DNA of 64,000 nucleotides from Phaeosaccion multiseriatum. Lineage: Eukaryota > Protista > Ochrophyta, other classes. The notes under the pieces are model-generated. The model had not been told where the DNA came from. It did no database searches and was given only the letters and a program-made list of their open reading frames with translations. A program made the translations under genes and the position numbers. Each line of letters begins with the position of its first letter. Positions within the stretch are counted from its first letter, which is position 1. The stretch spans positions 4,774,001 to 4,838,000 of the forward strand of contig OZ218950.1 of the NCBI GenBank assembly GCA_965112735.1, given 5' to 3'. Positions 12,356 through 23,000 of this stretch are shown piece by piece.

Positions 12356-14880
12356 CGCGGCTTACGCCTACCTTACGCCCACCTTACGCCCACCCAGCAG
12401 CGGCCTTTGCTGTTCCACGGCCCTCTCAAGCAGCGTGGTAGCGGTTGGGCGGACGCCGCTGCCATGCTGCTTGAGAGGGCCGTGGAACAGCAAAGGCCGC
12501 TGCTGGGTGGGCGTAAGCCGCGGTTGCTGCGCCGGCTGCTGCTGCTGCTCCTCCACCGCGTTCACCGCCAACTCCTGCGGCTGCTGATGGTCCAGGCCAG
12601 TTGTCACCGCATTCACTGCCACTCCCCCTCGCAGAGTGCGCAGACGACCACCACCACCACCACCACCACCACCACCACCACCACGGTCCCGCGGAGCCTA
12701 AGTGACTTTTACGACACCTACAGGAAGGAATTTCCGGCCGCGACCCGTGTGCTCCAGGCTGGTAGCTCCCTCATACAGCGCCACCAGCAGTAGCGAGAGT
12801 GAGGGAGCTACCAGCCTGGAGCACACGGGTCGCGGCCGGAAATTCCTTCCTGTAGGTGTCGTAAAGGTCACTCCACGAGGGAGTCTCCGACTCCCAGCGC
12901 AGCCAGAACTTTGTCATGCCGTCCGATAATGACAACGTGCCGCAACGAAGCCGATCCTCGACCTCTGGACGCAGCACCGCCAGCAGGCCCGTAACCAAGG
13001 CTTGCCCATCCGTGGCCTGCCCCGTCACCTGCGCCAGACACAGAGAGAGTTCCTCCAGCTTGATGAGCAGCCTGGCGAGCGCCTGGTTCACCTCTGGAGG
13101 GATGGTGGACGCTTCCAGGGGGTTAGCCTCCCGCACCAACGTCTGGACGAGCTGCTGGAGGCCGTCTCGCTCAACAGGAACGCCGAAGAGACGCAACAGA
13201 CACCTCGCGAGCAATTGGAACTGTGCACTCTCCGTCTCCCACTCCAATGTGATGTGCTGGTCGCCCTCAATCCACGACGCACCCTTCTGAGCCTCCTCCC
13301 GGACAGAGGCCCGATGCACTGCACTCAAGTCGGCCAGCACTCGCTGCTCCATCACCCGCCCCTGGCCAGGAAGCACGGACCCAGTAGAGGTCACGATGTC
13401 CTGCCCTTGCAGAACCGTCACCCATTGGTACATGGTTGCGAGCACCACAGCACGAGAGTGAGGCTGCCCAGCCGCATTAAAGAGTGAGGGAAGTTTCTGC
13501 TCCTGGATCACACGGATAGCACCCGCGGGCGGCGTGGTCGTCTGCACCGTGTGACGGTTGGGCGCCTGCAGCCCCTCCTGTGCCTGCTGCCGTGCCAGCG
13601 CCCGCTCCCGCGTTCCAGCGCCCGCTGTAGCATCTCCTTCTGCTACTGCAGCACCTCTACCCCCCCCTGGGCAGCATCCTTAACCTGCTGGAGCTTCTCC
13701 GCAAACAGCTCCCGCTGCAACGCCTCCACCTCCGACTTAGCACCACTCTCAGCCTGCCGATTCAGCTGCTGCTGCGCCGCCTCCTGCTGCTGCAGCTCTG
13801 CCGCCAACTCATGCTGCTGCTCCGCCCCCCGCTGGAGCCGCACCTCCAGCTCCCGCTGCACCCCCTCCAGTTCCCGCTGCAGGGCCGCCTTCTGCACCTC
13901 CATCGCCCGCAGTTGGTCCGCCATGAGCTGCGCCTGCCGCTGCGGCAGCAGCTCAAGCCCGCGATCTGCAGGAGAGCAAGGAGGCTCCTGGAGAACCCGA
14001 GTGTCCTCCTGCTGCTGCCCCCCCTCCCCCTCCTGCTGCTGGTCCACCACCCGAGCCCCGGCAGACGCACCAAGAGGGAACAAGGGCGTCCCAATCACAT
14101 CCCACACCGTACTCTTCCCCTGGCCCACCGACTCTGCAGCACCCGAGAGGAAAGGCGCCTCCGAGTCCGCCACCGGCAGCAGCCGCACCCCAGCAGCAGA
14201 AGGAGAAGCTGCAGGAGACGAACTCGCAGGCCATTCAACAGACTCCGACGAGAGCTCCGGAGACGAGTTCGCAGAAGACTCACGAGACACTGACGAGAGC
14301 GACTCCAGTGACTCCGCCGTGCGCAACGCCTCCCACACACGGTCCACAGCCCCAGGGCTGGCTGTGACCTCCGCAGCAGGAGCAGCAGCTTCCGGTACTA
14401 CTGCCCCCACTTCCGCAGCACCAGCCACCACCAGCTCCACCGCCCTCAGCGTCACTCGTAGCGCCCTCCGCCCATGCAAGGCGCAGGAAGTCCGTCCCTT
14501 CCTCAACCATTGCCACCCTAGCAAGCCTAAATGGCCGTGATTTACCGTCTCGTTGGCCCGTTTTCCGGCCGTTACACTATTACTACTTGGGTCCCCAACT
14601 AGGCCACTTCTAACAAGTCGGCCCTCTGACATGCTTCTGAGGCGACCCTTGCTTCTGGCCGGCGCCAGCCGGCCTGCTTCCTGCTTCTGGCCGACGCCAG
14701 CCGGCCTGCCTCCTGCTTCTGGCCGGCGCCAGCCGGCCAGGCAGGTTCCAGATTCTGGGGGAAAGCCATGTAATAAGGCAATGATGAGGGCCAAGGCTGG
14801 TTCCTGCTTCTGGCCCGCGCCAGCCGGCCTGCTTCCTGCTTCTGGGCTGGCCTGTCTCAGAAGCATGTCAGGGGCCGAAA
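11938..14880 (-). mobile_element. Degenerate, probably retrotransposon-derived insertion with a gag-like ORF, hairpin ends and internal fold-back duplications
   Basis: Interrupts the PPR relic. CTTGTTAGAAGT (11938) and ACTTCTAACAAG (14606) are inverted copies. Both ends carry inverted-repeat structures. The intronless minus-strand ORF is broken by a stop and a frameshift. No RT, integrase or transposase is visible. Confidence 0.6.
12771..14530 (-). pseudogene. Broken gag-like ORF (coiled coil followed by a helical capsid-like region)
   Basis: Track ORFs 13643..15229 and 12771..13547 join into one reading (...GVEVLQ*QKEMLQRALER/ERALARQQAQEGLQAPNRHTVQTTTPPAG...) with one TAG at 13643-13645 and one frameshift near 13610. 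Downstream 'VNAV' segments resemble the gag/protease boundary of Ty3/gypsy-type elements. The gag assignment is inference. Confidence 0.5.
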
Positions 14881-14885
14881 CAAGC

Positions 14886-15115
14886 TGAAGGAGGTGCAGA
14901 GGGAAGTGCCATCTTGACTTGCCGGAAGAGATAGAGGCGGAGAGAAGGACTCGATCGAGCCCGACGAAATCTCGCACAGCTCTGCGACTACTGCTTGTGG
15001 CGCTTGGGTAACTGGAAGAAATGCAGAGGGAAGGTCTCGAACCAGGTAAAGTCTCGTACAGCTCGGCGATTTGGGCTTGTGGTAAGTAAGACAGGAGAGC
15101 ACGAGAAGGTGCGTA
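14886..15115 (+). pseudogene. PPR gene relic, right part
   Basis: Fragments LKEVQRE, IEPDEISHSSATTACG and LEEMQREGLEPGKVSYSSAIWACGK..TGEHEK, with indels between them. Confidence 0.75.
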
Positions 15116-15615
15116 TCTAAAAAACGATAACGCACAGTCCCCCCCTCTCTTATTGTACTGGAAGAGGAGCAGCGCAGGCAAAGTGACGGACTTAGACACG
15201 AGCAATTGGAGTTGACGGGCAAAAGCCACCCTTCGCTACGCTCTCCAAGGGGAGAAGGTTGAGGGCCGGATCACTGTCATGACCGGTTAGAGTTTCTTTA
15301 GTCGCAATCGCATTATTCATTGGCAGCTGCGGTAAGGCCCTCTCTATTCCCCCGTCCATCAGAATGTGCGAGAGCGGCCATACCCACACTCACTCAATCT
15401 CTTCGTCTCTTCCCCTTCTGTGAGGGAAGAATGGACTTTTGTATTGTACATAACCATACGCTGTGTGGCAAAAGAGAAGAGAGATTCTGTCAGTGAGCCA
15501 AGACCGTCGATCAGGAGCCGCCTTGCTTGGAAGCTTCTTTACCACGGCAGGAATAGTTCCATGAATTGATACGGAGTCATGCACGCCACTCGGCCTTCGC
15601 CCTCCATCTGGCTGC

Positions 15616-15648
<33 letters not shown>

Positions 15649-15714
15649 TCTACTGCTGCTGGTGACTTCGCTGGCTCTTCCTTCCTCTCCTCCTCACCCC
15701 CCCCCCTTCTTCCC

Positions 15715-16080
15715 TTATTTGGCGAAGAGAAACACGTACAGCAGCGCCATTGCTACAAGCCCTGCTGCGACCGATCCTATCATGGCTGGGCTGGTCGACG
15801 TCCCCTTCTTGTGTCTTGTGGAGAAATCTGGACCGGATTGGCAAGTTGGGATGAAGAAGAGAAGAGAGGAGGTGAGGAAACGCTTTGGTTCGTCAAGTTG
15901 ACGTTGATGAGAGGCGAGCGAGTCGCCACAGCACCAGGTGTTTACCTCACCTTCGTGGTTGGACTTGATAGCGTATCGAGCGCGGAGTTGTGAGGCACCC
16001 AAGTCTGAGTCCTTTGCCTCTCCTCCCCGCTGATACCGCTTGCGCAGCTCAGAAGCAGACTTGGAATCGTCACCACCCAT
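15715..16080 (-). CDS. ~80-aa tail-anchored membrane protein (2 exons, intron 15828-15950)
   Basis: MGGDDSKSASELRKRYQRGGEAKDSDLGASQLRARYAIKSNHE|DFSTRHKKGTSTSPAMIGSVAAGLVAMALLYVFLFAK*. Duplicated AS(E/Q)LRxRY motif, C-terminal hydrophobic helix, GTGAG..CAG intron. Confidence 0.75.
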   Translation of the reverse strand: MGGDDSKSASELRKRYQRGGEAKDSDLGASQLRARYAIKSNHEGEVNTWCCGDSLASHQRQLDEPKRFLTSSLLFFIPTCQSGPDFSTRHKKGTSTSPAMIGSVAAGLVAMALLYVFLFAK

Positions 16081-16436
16081 GGCACCTAACTCAAGTCTGC
16101 CTCGACCGTCTTGGCCAACGATTTATCGTTCCTCTACTGCGGCTCCTGCCCCTGTGCTCCGCGAGTGTCGCGCCTTCCGTTACGAGCTTGATATCCCTTT
16201 CCGGTGGAGAAGCTCGAGACAGCAGCTGATGCAAGGCGTGAGTATACTCTACTTCAATTGAAAGGCCGTGTGTAGCTTCACGGAGGGTGTTATGAAGAGA
16301 GAGGAGGAGGAGAAATCGTTGATCAAAGCGGCTTCCGGCAGTTAAGCGACATAGGCCTGGGTCCGAAATTTGAAATTTCAGCTTCTTACACCTTGTTGTC
16401 GGCAGACTGCACTTCTTGCGGTATTACACTCTTGCG

Positions 16437-17567
16437 ATGGCCTCCGAGGCCGATGAGTTCGCTCACACAGTGACGAGACAAGCGGTGGCCCACGTGTGCA
16501 TGGCCATAGGTCTGGAGCAGGCTCAGCCCGCGGCGCTCGACACCATGGCGGATGTGGTGGGCAAGTTCATCGAGAGCGTGGGGGTGCAGGCCAGGGACGC
16601 TGCCGAGAGGAATGGCAGAGGCACTGTGAACCTGCTCGATGTGCTGACGAGCTTCCAGGCGCAGCCTCAGCCCATAAGCTGGAGGGACCTCAAGGAATTT
16701 TCGTTTGCGGATGGGGCCGGATGCGAACAGAGCTGGGAGCAGGACTTTCCCCACTCCGTGCCGCTCTTCCCCGTGAGCGAGTCAAGGCGGGAAGCAGCAG
16801 CAGCAGCCCAGGAAGCACTGCAGGAGGAGAAGACGGCGGCGGAGGTAGAGGGCGGCAGGGAAAGGCAGCGGCGGGAAGGGGTGGAAGAGGGTATGGGCGA
16901 GGGCGCCAAGGAGGGGAACGGCGGCAGTAGCGCCGCGGCGGGGGGCGGGAGGAGGGGCGTGAAGCGCCGCTTTGGAGTGGAGTTGGGGGGCAGAGGGGGG
17001 GCGGCAACACCGGGGGGTGAAGAGACGGGCTCAGGGTCTGCAGCAGGAGGAGGGGGTGAGGACCACGGTGAATCCACACGGCCTGACTTTCTGCGGCATC
17101 TGCCCCCCTTTCCGCCAAGGCACACATACATTAAGGAGAAGGGAACCGATGCAAAGGGCAGAAAGGCGAAAGAAAAGGAGCTGGCTCAGCTAAGGAAAGC
17201 AAAGCTGGAGCGGAAGCAGCAGGCTAGTGTGGCAGTTCGGCGTATGACCAGCAAAACCGCCTCCGCCCCTGCCGCTGCTGAGGCGGGACGAGTAGCAGCA
17301 AAGGCGGGAGTAGCACCAGGGGGAGAGGGCGTGGCCGGGAGAAGTAGTAGTAGCCGCTTTGGCGACTTATTCAGCGATGGTGGGGGGGTGCGGCGCTTCG
17401 GTCCAAGGCCACCCAAGGACGCAGTGGCGAGTGCGTTCACGGCCTTCGGGGTCCGTGGCAACGGCTCCAGCGCGCCTGTGCCTGTGCCCGCAGAGCTTGT
17501 GGGGACGGGTGACAAGAACTTTCGCATCAGGGAGGGCCTTCCGCTCAGTAGGGACATGAATGAATGA
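16437..17567 (+). CDS. TAF8: TFIID subunit 8-like (bromodomain-associated histone fold plus TAF8 C-terminal motif)
   Basis: AVAHVCMAIGLEQAQPAALDTMADVVGKFIESVG...AERNGRGTVNLLDV (histone fold) and PDFLRHLPPFPPRHTYIK (TAF8_C signature). Confidence 0.85.
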   Translation: MASEADEFAHTVTRQAVAHVCMAIGLEQAQPAALDTMADVVGKFIESVGVQARDAAERNGRGTVNLLDVLTSFQAQPQPISWRDLKEFSFADGAGCEQSWEQDFPHSVPLFPVSESRREAAAAAQEALQEEKTAAEVEGGRERQRREGVEEGMGEGAKEGNGGSSAAAGGGRRGVKRRFGVELGGRGGAATPGGEETGSGSAAGGGGEDHGESTRPDFLRHLPPFPPRHTYIKEKGTDAKGRKAKEKELAQLRKAKLERKQQASVAVRRMTSKTASAPAAAEAGRVAAKAGVAPGGEGVAGRSSSSRFGDLFSDGGGVRRFGPRPPKDAVASAFTAFGVRGNGSSAPVPVPAELVGTGDKNFRIREGLPLSRDMNE

Positions 17568-17696
17568 CCTGACAAGAAGGTAGTGGTGGAAGTCGGGCTG
17601 ACGCATGAGGGAAGACGGCTAAGGGCTGCATGAGAAGGGTATGAGTAATGAGTAATGGGTACGAGAGAGGCATCCCATCTCATCCCATCCCGGCCT

Positions 17697-17820
17697 GTAG
17701 CTCGTTCAATGTGTTGTACATCTACTCAACTCAAGAGAGCTCGTTCAATGTGTTGTACATCTACTCAACTCAAGAGAGCTCGTTCAATGTGTTGTACATC
17801 TACTCAACTCATGAGAGCTC
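17697..17820. repeat. 39-bp tandem repeat x3 between the convergent 3' ends of TAF8 and CFAP251
   Basis: Unit GAGCTCGTTCAATGTGTTGTACATCTACTCAACTCAAGA. Confidence 0.9.
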
Positions 17821-17972
17821 TGACTTCAACTCAGCTGCCTGCAAGTGGGCACCACTCAACCCACTCTCGAGCTCAGTTCAGCTCTGCCTGACTCACAACT
17901 TCAGCTCAGCTGCCTCCTTGTGGATGGTACTCAACTCACTCTCTCGAGCTCTGACTCCCTTCCTTCTGTCTT

Positions 17973-20021
17973 TCAGCTGCCTGCTTGTGGGTCATAGTCC
18001 TCAAAGCCCAGCACCTCCTCTGCGAACTGGGCGGGGTCCACTGCCACCTTCCCATCCAGACTGCCCAAGTTGTCCCCCTCGTTGCCTGTGAGCGCCTCCA
18101 GACACTCCATGAGCTCCTGCTGCTGCATGGGCTCCCCAGCGCTCTGCAGACTCGCCATCAAGTCGCGCCACTGTTATACGGGTAGGCAGAGGCAGAGGGA
18201 GGGAGAAGGAGAGGGAGGGAGAGACAGAGATAGAGAGATAAGAGATGGAGATAGAGAGAGGAGGGAGAGAGAGAGGGAGGCACGGGGAAGGGGGAGGCGA
18301 AGGCGACACGAGCAAGCAAGGCAAGTTAGGCGAGAGTGGAGGGTGAGGAGGGGAGGCGGTGCATGAGATCGTGAGGCGTGAGACGTGAGAGACAGAGGCA
18401 TGACGCGTGAGGCTTCCGAGTGCTCACAGAATGTATCATGTAAGGTACATGTCACGAATCAATCCGCTTGGATGCATACGGCGGAGCGAAGTGACCTCGG
18501 GGGTTGGTTCGTTGGTTGGTTGGTTTTTTCGTTGGTTTTGGTTGGTTGGTTGGTTGGTTGGTAGCCCTGTCTTTGGCTTTCCACCGCCTCTAAACCTCCC
18601 TACCCCCCCAACCTCCCCCTCCCTGCCCCCTCCCTCCCTCCCTGCCTCCCTCCCTCCCTCCCTCCCTGCCCTATCCAACTCTACCGCACCCGACCGACCT
18701 TGAGTCGCATGTTGTTATCGGCGCCGAGGGCGGCGAAGGCTTCCTCGATCATGGCCTTACCCACGGGGAAGACGGGGCGGTGGTTCACGAAGAGGCGGAT
18801 TAAGTCGTTGAGTCCAATGTACTCCACCACTTCGCCTGTGGAGGTGAAGTGGAAATACTTCACCTCCGAGATCTGTGATTTGGGGACGCAAAAGGTGATG
18901 GATGAAAGGATAGGGAGTAAGTCACAAGCACAGCACACAAAATAGGGAGTCAGGGGGGGGGATGAGGGGGTGAAACAAAAACACAAGGCGGAGGAACGGC
19001 AAACGTGTCCTATTCTCTAACTCACTCACTCACTCACTCACTCACCATGTTGGCGACCTCCTGGTCTGTGGGGTAGAAGCCGAGTGCCCTCATGAGGTTG
19101 GGTATCTCATCGAGTGGGATCACTCCCGACGTGCTGCGTGGTTCCGTAGTGTCCTCGCCCTGTGGTGCGCCCATCACACATTGAGACACACCGCACACAC
19201 AGTACACGCAGTACACGCAGTACACACAGTACACGCAGAGTCTCGTCAAACATCGCACCGTGAGAGGGGAAAGAATACAATCCATCCATCTATCCATCTA
19301 TCTATCCATCCATCCATCCATCCATCCATCCACTCATCCATGTATCTATCCATGCACCCATCTATCCATCCATCTATCCATCCACAGGTCCATCCTGCTC
19401 CGCCCATCCTCCATCCGCCGATCCCACTCCATCTCATCCTCCCCTCCCTTCTCACCTGCGTCCTTAGCTGTGCGTAGTAGAAATAGTCCACTAGTTCATT
19501 GTGCAAATCTCCGTTGGCGCCGCCCTCAAGCTGATCTAGGTAGGGCTCAATGCTGTCCTCTCCTCCTGCGGCCTGTGCTCGCCCGACGGGAGGGGAAGGA
19601 GTGTCATCCACGCCCGGAGGAGGAGGAAGAGGAGGAGGGGAGGCGAGGGGGGAGGGAGCGGAGGGGAGGGGAGGGGGGGAGGGGAGGGGAGACAACTGAC
19701 ATTGAGATTGAGATTCAGGGATGGCATACGGCAAAAGAGAGGCGTAGAGCCACCGATCCGAGATGCTTGCTTGGATGCAACACTTGCTTGGATGCAACAA
19801 TCAAAAGAAAGTGCTTGCGAGAGAGAGAGAGAGCCCGCAACGGTGTTGGGGTTAGGGTAGTGTTTGTGTTTGTTACTTTCAGACACGCACGGGGGACCCT
19901 CTCTTTCTACCCACATACATAATCGCGCACACACACGCACACTCACACACACACACTCACACACACACACGTACACTCACACACAGACACGCACACACAC
20001 ACACACACACGCACACACACA

Positions 20022-20068
<47 letters not shown>

Positions 20069-23000
20069 ACACGCACACACGCACACACCTGTTCTGCCAG
20101 GTCGATGGCTGCCGTGTTGATTCTCCAGCAGTTGACGGTGAGGTCTCGGCCGCCAGCTGTGAAGAGATAACTGCCGTCTCCGCTCACGGACAACGCGCTC
20201 ACTTCCCCGGGGTGAGCGATGAGCCCCATGACTTTGGTTGGGTTTCCGTCAAGGGGCATCTTCACCAGACCCACCACCTAACGTCATGTGTGCATGTGTG
20301 TTTCGTAGCGCGCACAATATACATTGCATATACAGACAGACATACATACATACATACATACATACATACAGACAGACAGACAGACAGACACGCAGGGAGA
20401 GAGAGAGAGGCGCGTGTGAGCGAACAAGAAGAGCCGAGAGGAAATGTCCCGTGCGTGTCTCTCAGTGCTTGCTTGGGTACAAGCGACGGAAAGGGATCAG
20501 AGGACAAGTGAGGCACGCTCAGACCTCCCTCCCTCCCTCCCTCCCTCCCTCCCTCCCTCCCTCCCTCCCTCCCTCCCTCCCTCCCTCCCTCCCTCCCTCC
20601 CTCCCTCCCTCCCTCCCTCCCTCCCTCCCTCCCTCCCTCCCTCCCTCCCTCCCTCCCTCCCTCCCTCCCTCCCTCCCTCCCTCCCTCCCTCCCTCCCTCC
20701 CTCCCTCCCTCCCTCCCTCCCTCCCTCCCCTCCCTCCCTCCCTCCCTCCCTCCCTCCCTCCCTCCCTCCCTCCCTCCCTCCCTCCCTCCCTCCCTCCCTC
20801 CCTCCCTCCCTCCCTCCCTCCCTCCCTCCCTCCCTCCCTCCCTCCCTCCCTCCCTCCCTCCCTCCCTCCCTCCCTCCCTCCCTCCCTCCCTCCCTCCCTC
20901 CCTCCCTCCCTCCCTCCCTCCCTCCCTCCCTCCCTCCCTCCCTCCCTCCCTCCCTCCCTCCCTCCCTCCCTCCCTCCCTCCCTCCCTCCCTCCCTCCCTC
21001 CCTCCCTCCCTCCCTCCCTCCCTCCCTCCCTCCCTCCCCTCCCCTCCCTCCCTCCCTCCCTCCCTCCCTCCCTCCCTCCCTCCCTCCCTCCCTCCCTCCC
21101 TCCCTCCCTCCCTCCCTCCCTCCCTCCCTCCCTCCCTCCCTCCCTCCCTCCCTCCCTCCCTCCCTCCCTCCCTCCCTCCCTCCCTCCCTCCCTCCCTCCC
21201 TCCCTCCCTCCCTCCCTCCCTCCCTCCCTCCCTCCCTCCTTCCTTCCTTCCTCCCTCCCTCCCTCCCTCCCTCCCTCCCTCCCTCACCTTCTCCACCGTG
21301 CCGTAGGCGGCGAACTCCGTTGGTCGAACAGAGCCATCTTCGTACATGTGGTTGATGTTTGCAAGGCAGTTCACTGGCCCTCCGAAGGTTGGTCCGAGGC
21401 TCGTGTTTCGACACGTGCGGTTGTCGACGTTCCACTGCTTGAATTTGTACTCACTGCGGTGCGTTAGAGAGAGAGGAGGGTGGATTGGGTTGAAGGGTGG
21501 GTCAAATATGTCAATGGGAGGGTGAGTGCGTGGGGTGGGTGGGCGGGTGAGGGAGGGAGGGAGAGGAGGGGGCAGATTAGAGAGAGAGAGTCAGAGAGAG
21601 AGAGAGTCAGAGAGAGAGAGTCAGAGAGAGAGAGTGAGAGAGAGAGAGAGTCAGAGAGAGAGTCAGAGAGTGAGAGTCAGAGAGAGAGTCAGAGAGAGAG
21701 TCAGAGAGAGAGAGTCAGAGAGAGAGAGTCAGAGAGAGAGAGTCAGAGAGAGAGTCAGAGAGAGAGAGTCAGTGAGAGAGAGTCAGAGAGAGAGAGAAAG
21801 TGAGAGAGAGAGTCAGAGCGAGAGAGTGAGAGAGAGAGTCAGAGAGGGAGAGTCCGAGAGAGAGTCAGAGAGAGTAAGAGAGAGGGGTATCTCCCCCCAC
21901 ACGTTGCGCACTCCCTCCACACTTCCCTCACACCTCTCCTCTCTCTCCGCACCTGTTTGCAGTAACCACCCTATCCTCGAACTCGTTGCCCAGCAAGGGC
22001 TGCCACATGACCGCCGTGGGGACGGCCTTCTGTTCCATTCGACGAGGGGGCTCCACCAGGGGAAGACCGTTCTCCACAGACGCGTCGGCCAGGTTGTACT
22101 CCACAAGAGTACGGTCCTCTCCCACACTCACCAAGGCCATACGGCTGGAAGGAGGGAGGGAGGGAGGGAGGGAGGGAGGGAGGGAGGGAGGGAGGGAGGG
22201 AGGGAGGGAGGGAGGGAGGGAGGGAGGGAGGGAGGGAGGGAGGGAGGGAGGGAGGGAGGGAGGGAGGCAGGGAATGAGGGAGGGAGAGAGGGAGGGAGGG
22301 GAGGGGAGGAAGGGGGATGGAGGAATGTAGGAAGGGATGGGGAGGGAGGGAGGGAGGGCGATGTAGCGAGAGACGGGGGAGGAGAGGGGAGAAGAGAGCG
22401 AGTCGGCACACTTGGATGAGAAGAACACATTGAAAGTGACTTGCCCAGATGGTCGAGACGCAGGTCCACTCTCACTCTCACTCTCACTCTCACCCGTCTT
22501 CTCTCCTCCCGAATTGTAGGCCTGTGATGGCTTGCGTGTGGCTACGATGCCTGGCCGTGTATATCCAGCTCTCTCTGATCTTCCATCCCTTGTCGTTCGT
22601 CTCACCCCCCGGGTCTGAGTCCTCGTCATCGGAGTCAGTTGGTTCGATCTGTGCGCAAGTGGATTAGGAGGGCAGGGGAGGGGAGGAGGGGGGGGAGCGG
22701 GGGAGTGAAGGGAGCAAAGTGAATGCCCGATCGATGAGCTGAGGTGGATGCTTGCTTTGCATACAGTAAATTGACTGAATTGACTGACTTGATTCATACA
22801 GTAAATTGACTGAATTGACTGACTTGATTCAATCAGCCAACCAGTCAGCACTTGGTGCCAGTCAGTCAGTCATTCAGTCAGTCAGTCAGTCAGCACTTGG
22901 TGTCAGTCAGTCAGTCAGTCAGTCAGTCAGTCAGCACTTGGTGTCAGTCAGTCAGTCAGTCAGTCAGTCAGTCAGTCAGTCAGTCAGTCAGCACTTGGTG

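Noticed and set aside
14620-15229. N-terminal part of the 528-aa minus-strand ORF as real protein
   Set aside because: It is the antisense of the PPR relic plus the element's terminal repeats.
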